Positions 34,460-47,800 of a stretch of 64,000 nucleotides of DNA are shown here, piece after piece (position 1 is the stretch's first letter; the number at the start of each line of letters is the position of its first letter). Where the stretch lies: contig NC_079168.1 of the NCBI RefSeq assembly GCF_947568905.1, positions 19,778,001-19,842,000 on the forward strand, written 5' to 3'. The DNA is from Ostrea edulis. Lineage: Eukaryota. The position numbers and the translations under genes were made by a program. Below the pieces are notes generated by a model that saw nothing but the letters and a program-made list of their open reading frames with translations, had not been told where the DNA came from and did not search any database.

Positions 34460-35029
34460 ATTATGCACACACACACCCCCCCCCTTTCAAAGAAGAGGGG
34501 CATATTGCTTTGCACCTGTCGGTCTGTCAGTATGTGGGTCAGTTGGTAGACCAGACCACATGTTGTCTGCTCAATATCTTGAGAACCATCCAAGGGTCAA
34601 ACTGAACAGTGCAAGATGTTGTCTGTTTAATATTTTTAGAACCTTTTGCTTGGAAGACATCAATCTTGGTACACTGATACATCATAAAGAGTAGATGACC
34701 CCTATTGATTTTGGGTTCACATGGTCAAAGATCAAGGGTCAAACTGGACAAAGCAATATATTGTCTCCTATATTTTAAAAATCATTTCCTTGATTGACAC
34801 CAAACTTGGTGCACTGGTACATACATCCTAAGGAGTAGATAACCCCTATTGAGTTTTAGATCACATGGTCAAAAGCCAAGGGTCAATCCACTCTGGACAT
34901 AGGAAGTTATTGTCTGCTCAATATCTTGAATTCTTATTGTACTATCAATTAAATGATTCATGTGTTTACTAGTAACCCTTTTCAATCTTGCACCACAGGA
35001 GCATATATGCTTTACAAACTTTTCTTGTT
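34460..35029 (+). mobile_element. HINE-like non-autonomous element
   Basis: 5' CCCCC...GAAGAGGGGCATATTGC hairpin, GTCG/GTCT microsatellite, internal repeats, 3' GGAGCATATATGCTTTACAAACTTTTCTTGTT. Confidence 0.75.
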
Positions 35030-36824
35030 ATCTATTTAGCTTTAGGCAATGAAATTGATCTCTTTTAACTTATTACATTGTTTTCAATGTATTGGGTTGC
35101 ATTTGTATATTATCAGTTATTTACAGTTGTTGAAATAATTTCCCTAAAAGGTTTAAATACGAAACACTGTTCACAAAGAATCTCATATCTAAGGAAGATA
35201 AGTTTGAAGATGGGCCTGAGTTTGTTTTACCAGGAAATGTTTTCTTGTTCAGTTAGAAAAATAAGAGACTGTTCCTACCATGGCATCTATGTACATATTG
35301 ATGAGTAGCAATCTTAAGAAAATTCACTTTTCGATTAAACCCTGACAGCTGCTGTAAACAATAACCACTAATCCTCCATTGTTGGATTTCTAATAAGCAG
35401 CGCGCCATTGAACCTTGTTCAACCACCACCGCGTCGAAACTTGAAGAGTTCTGTTAGTAAATATGTAGATCTGTCTTTGAAGCAATATGTTGTGTTGAAC
35501 TACTCCCAATCAGCATCAAAGGGCAGAAAACAGATAAACTGTGCTGGAATAAGTTGTGTCTACTTGAACCTGACAACTGCACAAGATTTTCTGCGTATAG
35601 CCTTATAGCCTTATGTTTGACCGATGCCAGACTCCTCAGTATTGATTTGCTGTTGTTGTATCTGTCTTTCCCATGCTTATTCATTCCAACTCTTACTATA
35701 ATTTGTGTGTGTTTTCTCCTCTGACATTTTGTTTATTGAATGTTGACAATGGACTTGTTTGAGTTGCTGGTGGTGTCTTGTTATGGGGTGTATTATTTAC
35801 TGATCGAAAGGTTTTCCGTGAAAAGGTCAAAATTGTGAGTGCTGGTGTTTATACATGAATGGAATTTCACTTCACTAACAAACGGATCGCTGGTGTTAAC
35901 TGTTGGGATGACAATGTACTTTTGTTAAAGGTATATTATTGTAATTTTTGCCATAAAATAAGTATTGATTGTTAAACATTCAAATGAGCTCTTTATGCTG
36001 AGTTTATGTATTTAAATGAATTCTTTATATTGTTATATCTTGCTCATTTAACCAGAAATTTTAGGAGGACTAAGGTAATTGAGAAGGGTCTGTGCAAACG
36101 TTGACGTGGATTTTGTAAAACGTGTGTCATATTGCAAACATGGGGTATAGTCAAGTCATAAGTACACCATGACAATTTCCAGGACTATTTATAGACTACA
36201 TTACCGCCAGGAATTCAGGGACATGTGCTGATTGAGATAAAAACATTTTACAGGACTAAAGCTTTTTTGTAGGGCTCTTTGTAGGTAAGTAATGAATAGT
36301 CGAAGTGCATTGTATTATGTACCTGAAACTGTTGGATGAGTAGCAGAGTTGTTTAACAAGTTTGCACCCAGACTGCCAGTGTTAAATGAGAAGTGCAATC
36401 AATTGCTGGCACTATATATATGATATGTGGAAGATTTTAGAATATATATTCAGATTGTGTGGATGACATCCCTATTAATCTTGCAATGCTGAGTAAGGAC
36501 AGGAAGTTGTCGCCCAAGTATTGTGAATTTGTGGCTGGTTATTTGAACACTTTGTACATCATAACAGTGCAGTAAATTACAAAAGAAATATCAAAGCTAG
36601 ACAAAGAGTTTATATTCTGAAGGAATAAAGAGATGCATTTGTGATTAGGTTAGGATTGGTTGATAGCAGCAGAAGAGTTAAGGAGACCCTGAAGTTGGAC
36701 ATGAATGCTCATTTTCATTTTGCTTATTTTAATAACAAGTCTTTGTGGCATTTCCATTCAGATATTTTCCTGTGCAGCTGTTTGATGTATATTTTGTTTT
36801 GTTTGGTTTAGATTTTATTTTGAC

Positions 36825-36890
36825 CATAACTTAGAACCTAAGACATAACTTAGAACCTAAGACATAACTTAGAACCTAAGACATAACTTT
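36825..36890 (+). repeat. 19-bp tandem repeat (~3.5 copies)
   Basis: (GACATAACTTAGAACCTAA)n. Confidence 0.85.
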
Positions 36891-37985
36891 AAACTGTATG
36901 AAATAGATTCTTTTTTAATCTTTTTTTTTTGCATCATGGTGAGGTTGAAGGTCATACTCCGAGGTCATACAGGAATTTGCCACTACTTGGAGCTTTGTTT
37001 TTCATAAACACAATCGTGTTATCTGCCTGATATAGGTTTAATTACTTCTCATCCCTGTAGCTATAATGAAGCCCGTCTGTGATATACAAACTAAACATGG
37101 AATCTTCTGTCTTGTGGTCAAAAGTCAGGAATTGTAATGGGAAAATGATGGAAGTCGTGAGGGAATATGGTGATTAACTTTGTCAACCTAAACTTGCCTA
37201 ACATGGAGTAACAAAGTATGTCTTGGTGTGTAAATGGTAACGATCGTGATAAAACATCACATTACATCATTACCTAATCATACAATTGCTTCACATTCAG
37301 GGTATGTACGCAAAGACTAAATACATAATCTTTGTAGATTTACTAAGATTTCTCATAGAATGATAGATTTGCACACACTGGAAACTAACAAGAAATGATG
37401 CTCTTTCCTTCTCTATATAAATGAACAAAAATAGCAGACAGTTTTTGTCCTGTTAAGATTCCAGCTTAATTGGACTGATATATGATGTTAGTGAAAAATT
37501 ATTTTTAAGTGTGGGTAATGCAGGATTGTAAAGCATGGCAAAACTGCAGATGACTTAGCAAAGCTCATTAATTATGTGATATGTAAATGACTGACAGAAG
37601 TAGCACCAGAGGTAATCTCCTTATAGATATAAATCTATAATCTGTGTTTAAAATGTGTAGGAGCGCCCTTCCTTATATTTTGTCAATTCTCACTTTTAAC
37701 CATTGTGTTGAGTTTTGAGACATAGAATGCATACACATTGAAATTGTACAAAGCACTCAATCTATATCCATGAAATGAGATATACCGGTATATGTTGTAG
37801 TTTGACTGAAACTTTTTATTTATATTTTCAGAATTTACCATGGAATCAAACAGACATTTAATCATCTGGGGTTTAAAATTTCATCACATGGAACCATGAA
37901 ATGGCTAGGATTTGTGATGGGAACAGGAATGTTTACATACTTCAAAAAAGGAAATAAATATAAAAGAGTCAGTGAATAGTGTACC

Positions 37986-38873
37986 ATGATGGATCGTGGT
38001 ACCCTCACCCTATCCTCAGCGTCGGCTATCAGCCCGACAACTCATGTCGGCTTGGTGAGAAGGACTAGTATGGAAACCTACATGGTGCGTATTTATCCTG
38101 GTCCTTTATACGAGTGTGATTATACCTCGATTGAGGCTGAGAAATGCACAGCTGCAGTTGAGATCCTAAAAGTAGCTGTGAAAAAATTACAGCTTGGAAA
38201 TCCAGAGAAATATGAACTCGCCGAGGTCTTGTCTTCAGGGGGACAACTCTGTAAAGAACGACGACTAGAACCAACTGAAAACCCAGTGCGAATAATGCTA
38301 CTGTGGCCCAAAATGGCAGGGAGTAATGTTCCTGGGTATAAATTTTTTCTTAGAAAGAAAGATCATGAAAGTGTGAATCGAACCTCATCTTGGCGGGAAA
38401 TTTCTAGTGATCCCAGCCGTGTGGACTCTTTTCTTCTGACGTTCCTCAAACAGCCAACCAATAATAAGGAATATCCCGACTTATGCAATCTTCCAGATTT
38501 AAATGAAATGACACTGTTGGAAAACATCAAAAACCGTTTTGAGCACTCACATATATACACATATGTAGGATCAATCCTTATAGCTGTGAATCCTTTTAAA
38601 TTTTTTCCCATTTACAACCCCAAATATGTGAAAATGTACCAGAACAGAAGACTGGGGGAGCTACCCCCTCATATTTTTGCAACTGCAGATGCAGCATTTT
38701 ATACCATGCTCCGTAAAAAGAAAAATCAGTGTATTGTGATATCGGGGGAGTCAGGGTCTGGGAAAACAGAGAGCACAAATCTCCTTTTGCATCACCTTAC
38801 AGCACTTAGTCAGAAGGGGTCACACGGCAGTGGGGTGGAACAAACAATTTTGGGAGCGGGACCAGTTCTAGAG
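37986..38873 (+). CDS. MYO9: Myosin IX coding exon 1 (RA domain to GAGPVLE)
   Basis: 296 codons; acceptor TTTTCAG at 37831, donor GTAAGT at 38874. Confidence 0.96.
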
Positions 38874-41800
38874 GTAAGTTTGTACCCTTAAGATTCATGT
38901 ACCTGCAAGACAATACAACTCACTCAATCTGTACATGATCTTTTGAAATTCATTTGATAAAAGTTAACATCTAGATTTGATACTGGCTGTCATTAGCTCT
39001 ATTTAAAATGTTTTACAATTAAATGCCTGTAAGAATTATAAACATATTGATGAACACTGCACTTGTCATGGCCATGATGTTACTCAAGTAATGATTATTG
39101 AAATTGTTCATGTGGATACATAAACAAAGTTAACTTGTGGGAAGTGTCATCTGTTGATTTGACAGTCGATTTCTCTAAGTACTAGTACTGCATACATATA
39201 TAGATAGAAAAGTTCAGCTGCCGAGTGTGCCTGTACAACACAAACATTGAGAGGATGATCATGTTGTGTGGTGTTTTTAAATTTGGCCTGATATTTCCTG
39301 CCACAGTAGGACAGAAGATCAACCCTGTCACTGTTAGGAAGGATACACACTTGAGTCACCATCAGCCAAAGGGAAAATCATCCTTACTGTGTTACATTTT
39401 AGTTACTATCATGTCACATGAAACTACATGTAGGAGAGATTGTCATGTTGCTCTGTCAAGAAGTCTTCCTTTATCAGATTTTCACAGTAAATTTCTGATC
39501 TTCTACGAGAAGTTTAATTCTCCTGTAGTTAGTTAAACAGTTAGATTGTGAATATTTACATATAAACATACATTTAACAAATGTCCTGCCTTGAAGAGGT
39601 GGTATTTTAATTTGTAGAAAAGGATGCACATTTTAATGTATGCATAAAATCATGCATTTTCTATGTGTCTGTGATGGTAATTGTGTAGTATTTGTTTACC
39701 AAGTAATACCTGTACTACTTGTTGACTGAGATCAACAATACAGTTAGGATTTTAATGACAAATTTATTGTATGAAGGTGATTGTGTTTGTTTTGATACAG
39801 TCAGTACACTTTCACGGTTTTCTTGTTTGTTATGAGAGTTTTACATATATACCTGTATTATGATTTTAGCAGATTTGGGGGATGATTTAGGGAGTTTATC
39901 TTTTGCTTGCACTGTTTTTTTATGTTCATCTTCCCACTGAAAATTCAATACCATTTTATCTGAGTCTGCAAGCATGGTGATATTATTAGGATGAAAACAC
40001 TGATAAATTTACGAGTGAAAGGTGATTTATTTACTTGCTATGTGGAGAATGCATTATGCTTTCTGTGTCGAAAAGATAAAATGCTGTCAATCAGGCAAGT
40101 TTGAAGGATTTTAAGTGAAACATGGTGACTGCGGAATTCCTTAATTAAGATACTGCCAGTGACAACATCAATGCCTCTCTAGGTACTGTCTATCTCGCTG
40201 CATCATGACTGCTGAAAAGCAGGTGTTTGTACTTAATGTTTTCATATATGTATTATGCACTTGCAGAATTTTCTATATGCATAATGCTAAGATCATTAGA
40301 TTTGATTAGATTTGTATGCAGCACTTGTGAAGTTGTGATAAAACTAAATTGATTTTTTTCTGCATTGTACCAATTGCTTCTCATAGTTGGAATATGGTTT
40401 TTGTAGACTATGGTTTTATCAGTATGATTGTGGACAATCATTGAATGTCAGCATTTTCTTTTCAGAAGTTTTTTAGTGTACATTGAAGAATAAAATCTGC
40501 TCTTTACATTAAGTCTCCCAGACGAAGTTTGGAAACTTTTAATTGTTTTTACTCAGTTCTTATTATTCTTGCACTTCTTTTTCTTTTTTCTTAAACCTGA
40601 AAATGTCGTCAGCTGTTCTCCGTAAATATTTAGTACTCAAAGATAATGATTGTTCATTGCATCTAGTTGTGCTGGCTTTTGTTTTCAGATTGAAGGGGAT
40701 TTAGATACTTTTTGGGGGGATCAAATAGGGGTGTGGTATTGCATAGAGGATAGAGCTGTGAAAAAAAAAATGAATTCCATATTTCAACAGATATAATAAA
40801 CATGAGAAATATCATAGATACAGTCTTAGAATTTTCAGCACTGGTAAGGGAATGATGACAACTACAACCTTGTATCAATGTCAACTAACTCCAGTGACCT
40901 TGAACATAAACTAGTGTAACTTCAGAACCTGGGACTATCTTCAACAATGATGATTGGATGATGAAGCCTGCAAACTATAGTGTCGAGGTCAAGTGATTAT
41001 CCACTAACCTTGACATTGGACCTTGGTCGTAAAAACTAGTATAACTTTAAAACATGGACTTATGAAGTCTTACAAACTGATTTACACAAATTGGTACGTG
41101 TATGTAAATTATAAAGATTTGTTTGGCAGACTTTATAATTTACATTCTGCAGAATATAATCATATTTTGATTTGTTTCTGATTTACCCTGTAGAAAGTAT
41201 GTGCACTAATTTAGGAACATATTTTGATGCACAATTGTTAGAATTTTCATAGTTCATTACCCAATGTAATATCAAAGCATTCTCTTGTCTTTTAAACTAT
41301 AATGTATAAATGTATACACAGGCCTTGGAAGTTGGCAAAATAAGATATAAAAAAGAGATTATCCAGATACCATGCTGGAAATCAAAAGTTCATGAATCTT
41401 GTGCAATACAAAAGAACTGATTAGATCAAAAGATGATTAAACAGCAGAGATGTTCTGGCTAGACACTAAACCTGGTGAACATGCTGAAGAGAGCTGTCAG
41501 ACTAAATGTGAGGTGAAGCTGAGAGAGATAGAGAGAAAGAGAGAGAGATTCAAAATAACAATTTCATTGAGAGAGAGAGAATAACAATTTTATTGAGAGA
41601 GAGAGAGAGAGAAATTCAAAATAACATAATTTTAGAGAGAGATAGAGATTCAAAATAACACAATTTTATTTCTATATTAAATCTCAAAATATGATGGTAT
41701 ATAATTGTTAAATGCAAAAATAGAGGGGACCAATTTCTTGAATAATGAAGTTTTTCCGTGCAAGTAAAATTCACTATAGTAATACACAAAAGAAGATTAT

Positions 41801-44800
41801 AAGGTCAACTTGTCCCATTGAATTTGTCTGTCTGATCTTGGGTTCTCTATTCATGGCATTGACAAAGGCTAGGTAAATACTGTCACTGTTATGTAGTCTG
41901 ATAAAGCCTGTCCATTGATACTAGGGTGTATGTTACCCTATTAAACGAACCTTGAAATTGAGAGTCATTGGATGGATCAGCGTACACCTCTATAGCCTGT
42001 TCATTTTTCATACTAGAGGAGTTTTGTCTCTCATTTTCTAATGCAAGTGACTGTGCTTGTGTTGAAAATATTAAAAATTGTTGGGGTTTATTTCCACATA
42101 AAATGTACACACATTGCTAATTTGTAATTTTAGAGACTCCAGCTCTGCTGTACAGCTGATAATCAAAGCCACCCACATATTGGTCCATAAAGCTAGGCTG
42201 ATATAAATCACTGTGAGAAATGACCCTGCTATATAAACATTTCTGAAGACTTCAGGGCTTATTACTATCCCCAGTATTTCTGGTTCAGTTCAAATTTCAT
42301 TCATGGATATTTTTTTTATTGACTTAAAGGGACTGATTCACGATTTCCCCCCAAATTTTTAATGATTCACTTGGTCTACTGTCTAATGTGTTTAAAAGGT
42401 TTCACAAAAAATTAAGGTTATCCATTATCACAGAAACTCATTTGTTTGTATTGTATACAAAGATTGCAGTGTGTTATTGTTTACTAAGTTTTCAAAAGAA
42501 ATGGATATCGATCTAAGTTTAGCTAAGTATATATCTATCACATTTTAAGTATTCTTTAGGTAAAATGTGTCATCTTTTTTCTTTTCTTTTCTTTTTCTTT
42601 TTTTTCTTTTTTTTTCTTTTTATTATCAATTGTAAATTTTAGTATGTTGTACAGCGCTTTAGAGTATTTTTAGATAAGGTGCTATATAAGTGTACTTTTA
42701 TTTATTTATTTATCTAAAAGTTAAATTTGTGACTATGCAAAATTAAGATGAATAAAAATTTCACTGGTTTGTTTGTATATATAGAATCGAGTGTTTATAC
42801 ATAACACAGAACTAAGGCTAAAATAATGCTTTTATTCTTACATTAGGTCAAAATTTTGGCTGTCAACATTAAATGAATTATATTTTTAATATTTAACATC
42901 AGAAATAAAAAAAAATATGTTTAATTAAATTGGGCTGGGGCCATTGGAACTGGTAAAAGAAGTGACATTTTGTTTCAGATTGGGAGTTCATATTAATCAT
43001 ATGAAAGAGTAATGAAATTAGATAATCTATAAGATCAGTGATGAGCATTATTTATAGGAAGTGAAACTGAATTTATCTGCAGCTGAGTTTTTGAAGTCAA
43101 TCTTGGGGACATATGCAATGTTTCTCAACAATATATAATATTTTATGACACTTCACGTATAATTCTATTCATCTCTTTTCTACAAATAATCTTGAGTATA
43201 TAACAATGTCTATTTTAGAGTTAGCATATTTTGATAGTTCCTGGTTGTTGCAAATAAAAATGTAAAAAAAAAAAAAAAAAAAAAAAAAGAGCACATCTTG
43301 TGTACAGTATTACTGTAAGTTGTATAAATAGACAATTATACTGTAAATAGCAAAGAAGGAGAGAAACATCATTGGAACAATTGGGTGTCAAATCTGGGAT
43401 CCTTGCATATTACTAGTTATCTAACCACTGAGTTACCGATATACAAGTATGAAAATATTACATGTACTAATATCAATATTGTAAAGTTTCAGCCTATTTT
43501 GATTTTGGAAATCATACAAGAAGTTTTATACTCTTCAAATTTTGGACGAGTGTCTTGTGGCCTTTTTTCACATTGGAATAAGGCCTTCTATTGGTTTCAG
43601 CTATAGAGAATCAAGTGCCTGGCTGGCTCAGTCACCCCCACCCCCCACCCCCACCCCCACCCCATCCCCAGTAGTTAGGCAGGTGCTTTTTCCCATTTTA
43701 ACACTAGCTTTCCTGCTTCTTTTTTTTTTTTGGTGGTGTGGCAAATAGATTAAGAACCGTCTTGATTTGCATACCACTTTTGGTTTGATTATGTAAACTT
43801 TTTAGCACCCTAGAAATTTGCTTGTATCAGTAGTTTAGGATGTGGTCTCTTTTGCTTTAAATTGATACTCAGATAATGCAGCATTCTTAAACCTCCTCTT
43901 ACTTTCTTAGTTTTAACACCCAGTTTGCCTTGTTCATGTTAGAAAATCTTTTTCTCCCCACCCCACCTTCACCCTCTCTAGAAATAGTTTATGGGAGATC
44001 ACCTTAGCTCATTACAAATGCTTTTAAATGTTATAGAGAATATTGTAAATAATCATATTGACGTTTTCATTTAGTAAATAGTCCTTCTTCAACAAATGAA
44101 GGTTTTAAAAAGAGAAATAAACCACAAAACAGGTACTTGGCTGGCATCATGAGTCATTTTAGTTTCCAATAAAGGGTTACATGCATTTCCATTTAAACAT
44201 TGTGGGCTAATTGTCTGACTGCATAAATTCGATTATCGAGGGACCATATGTACACAATTCATCTGTTACATGCAGTTAAGCTTGTTTGAGGACCCTTATA
44301 ATTTTATTTCATTTTTCAGTGTAAGCATACAGGCATGTTAGATATTGTTGTTTTAAGATAATTTATTGATTCTGATTTGTAAACACCATGAAGGAAGTAG
44401 ATCTGCATGGCATTTGTTTTGTAAGGAAATAGACAGGAAAACAATTGAATGGCTGAAGGTGGGGGAAAAAATCCTAGACGTTAAAGGTGCAGTGATGGTC
44501 TGTAGGTGACAAATCGTAGCCCAGAGTCAACATGTAAATAATGTATTTATGATGTCTTATGCCATGTTACAACAAAAACACTTGTCTGACACATTTCCCT
44601 TAACAATTGTGTGTAATCAGGAAGCTAGGTCTCTTCATATGTAGCTGTAAATATCTGTGTAAGGGTTTTCTCAAGACATTAAACTTGAGGATACCATGTT
44701 GTTGGTAGTTTTCTTCATCTACTCATGTTAGTATTCTATGACTAGAATCATTCATTGGGGGTGGGGTGGGGTGGGGTGGGGTGTGTGTTAGTTAAAATTT

Positions 44801-47800
44801 CCATCGTTTGAGAAAAAAAGAAGATAAAGATATTTTCATGGCTTATTCATATTCGGTAGAAGACTTGCCATTGTTTCTGGTAGTGCACTCTCTTCTGAGT
44901 GGGTTTTGATCTTCAACAACAACACAAAACAACAAAATTATTTCTCAAATAAATACAACATGTGTATTGTAGAGAACTAATTCGTAATATATAATACAAT
45001 ATTGTACATAGCATACAGTTAAAAAATATAAAAAAAATGGAACCCAAACAGATACCTTTCCAAAAAAAAGTTTCAAATTCTATTAGATATTGCATTGTGA
45101 AGAATATAACATCCTCACACCAATTTGTCTTTGCATGATTGTTACAGAGATTCAGTGTTGGGAGAGGAAGAAGAGCATAGGTCAAAGTCATACGTAGATA
45201 CAGGGAAAATTGTCTAATCAGGATATTGCACAATCACATACTGCACCAAATTTTCTGACCAACTATGATTTCTTTTCTATAAATTAAAACTATATATTCT
45301 AGGTGTTGTCAAAACCCAAGATGTTGTAGGGGAATATAAAGTATGTTCGGTTTGACAAGTTTCACTGTATTGTAGTAAATGTATCTCACAAGGGGAAGCT
45401 ACACCATGTTGTCTCAGTGTTACATATTTACTAATGTCTATATATATGTAGGACTCCAAAGTGCGATGGTCACTCCAAAGTACAATATGGTCACTCAAAA
45501 GTGCGATGGTCTACGCCAAACCCTGATGGTGTGACATGCCAAAATGCGATGGTCCACACTCATGCGCCAAAGTGTGATGGTCTGACACGCCAAAGTACGT
45601 TAGTGTGAGGCAAATGTGCTATAATGCGATGGTGTAGACACAACAAAGTTGGATGGTGCATACTAGTGCGCCAAAGTACGATGGAGTGTCACGCCAAAGA
45701 CCATTGGTTTGTAAACGACACAGTGTTTTGGTACATACTGTACCAACCTAGTCCCGAAATATCTGACGTTTTCCTGGCTTTTTGATTATTTTGATATTTA
45801 CCATGCCTGGCACGTTAAATATCAAAATCATAAAAAAGCCAGGAAAAGGTAAGATATTTTGGACTAGTACCAACCGTGTATTGTTTCACCAAAATATCAG
45901 TGCAAAATCCATGTACAAAATATAAGAATAAGAACTTATTTCATTGCCATTTAGTTGTCTTGTTATTAAACACAAAATTTTCCAACACAATATCATATAG
46001 AATGGTTTGCAATATAGCATACCCCCAGGAATTTATTACGTATACATCACAAGTAATAAATGATCACAAATTAAAGAATGTTTGGGCGAAGTAAATAATT
46101 CGAGAACAAATGTACTTTGCCGTTCTCACAATCCTCAACAGTGTAAACCTTGCCGTTGCTGTCATCCATGTCAATTTTAATCACCCGTGCCTTAATCCTC
46201 CAATACATCTTGAAGAAGTTGGTGTCAGCACTGCAGCAGAAAGAACCTTCATTGGGGCAAATGTTGCATTTCGTCGGTTTCATTTTGAAAGACGTTAAGA
46301 ATGACGTCACAATGACGTGATGTCACAAACGTTACTGAACCCCACACCATCGGGGTTTGGCGCAAAGCATTGCACTTTGGCTTGACCAGCGCACTTTGGA
46401 GCGACCATCACACTTTAGAGTCTGACATATATATAGTAATATATAATTTGTAATTTGTAAGTACAAATGTTAGTAAACATCTTAGATTGACTTCATGTAT
46501 GGTAATGTGAAAGTGTTTGTATTAAATTATGTAATATAATATAATATAATATATATGTAATATAATATATATATATATTGTATATATCTCACTATTTCAC
46601 ACGACTGGAGAAGACCGGTAACACGGTCTATATATATTATATATATCTCACTATTTCAAGTTTTAATGGCTTGTATGTGCCATGTTGATGTTATAGAATG
46701 GTATTGTGATAAATATACAATTTTGGTGTGAATCTGATCAATGCAGGGAATTTGACCTGTCCTTAATGAAATATTGAAAGGGTCAGTGGCATTTTGCAGC
46801 AGCAGTGACCTGTACAGTGTTAATGACCTGCACCCTGGGGCAGTCCTCTTCTGCGGTGTATGAAGTGTGCTGTTGTGTATTACTGCCAATTTACACCTTT
46901 GCAAGAGTTATAATGTCTTTAGTGGCCTTTTGTCATTGAAATTGTATCCTTAGGGCTGCAGTTTGTCACGCTGATGCTGAGGTAGAGCATGTTCTGTTAA
47001 TTGAGCGGAATGGTCAATTTCTTTACCTCTGGATTTATTAGTATGCAGGTTACTCATGGATCATGAAGATTTTGCCAAGAGATGGGCATTAAATGTGGTG
47101 ATATGTGGTAGTTGTTCAATTGTTCTCATTTATGTGCTTATTTATCTGACAAGATATCCATCCATGGAGACATTAACATTCTCAAAATATGAAACATTGT
47201 AGTGAAAATTGTTCCCTTGATTTTTGTGAAGGAAAACATTCCCGTGGTGCAGATCTTTGTAAATGGATCTGATTGCATTTCTGACAAGTTGTTGGAGGAG
47301 TTAGGGATTTTTATTTATGATAAAGGCATGTTCAAAAAGTAAAGTTTTTCTGGATCAGATACAATGTGTACAGAGGGGGAGGGATGTGGTGATGTTGACC
47401 TCTGTGACCTGTTGGGTGTATGGGGAGGAGCCTGTGGACTGATGTTCCTTCTGCTGACTAGTGTCAGTGTAACAATCAATCTGTCTGGGTCATGTTTGGG
47501 TATACCCACACATGGAGTAGGACGTGTCAAACTTGGAACATGCGGTCATTCATTAATCCCAATTTTAGATGAGACGCAGGTGAACTTATATTTTGGAATG
47601 CACATGCAGTCACATTTCAATATTCATGAAACAATGTATTCTTTGTAGAAAAGAAAGCCGATATATTTGGCATGATCTTTCACTGATTAAGAATGTTCAG
47701 TATATATTTTAGATATCAGGTATTTTGAACTTGAACTAGTCATGAAGTAATTGCGATAGAAAATGGTTCATTTGTGAGGAGATACTAGTAAAATATATTG

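Noticed and set aside
35330-36290. Myosin IX promoter / non-coding exons and ORFs 35408-35608 and 35454-35684
   Set aside because: A CpG-richer patch and donor-like sites (35931, 36285) are suggestive, but boundaries cannot be fixed without transcripts; the ORFs show no homology.
43633-44782. G-quadruplex-capable tracts ((CCCCCA)n at about 43636, (GGGGT)n at about 44757; also about 54415)
   Set aside because: Simple G/C runs are scattered through introns and MITEs here, with no positional evidence of function.
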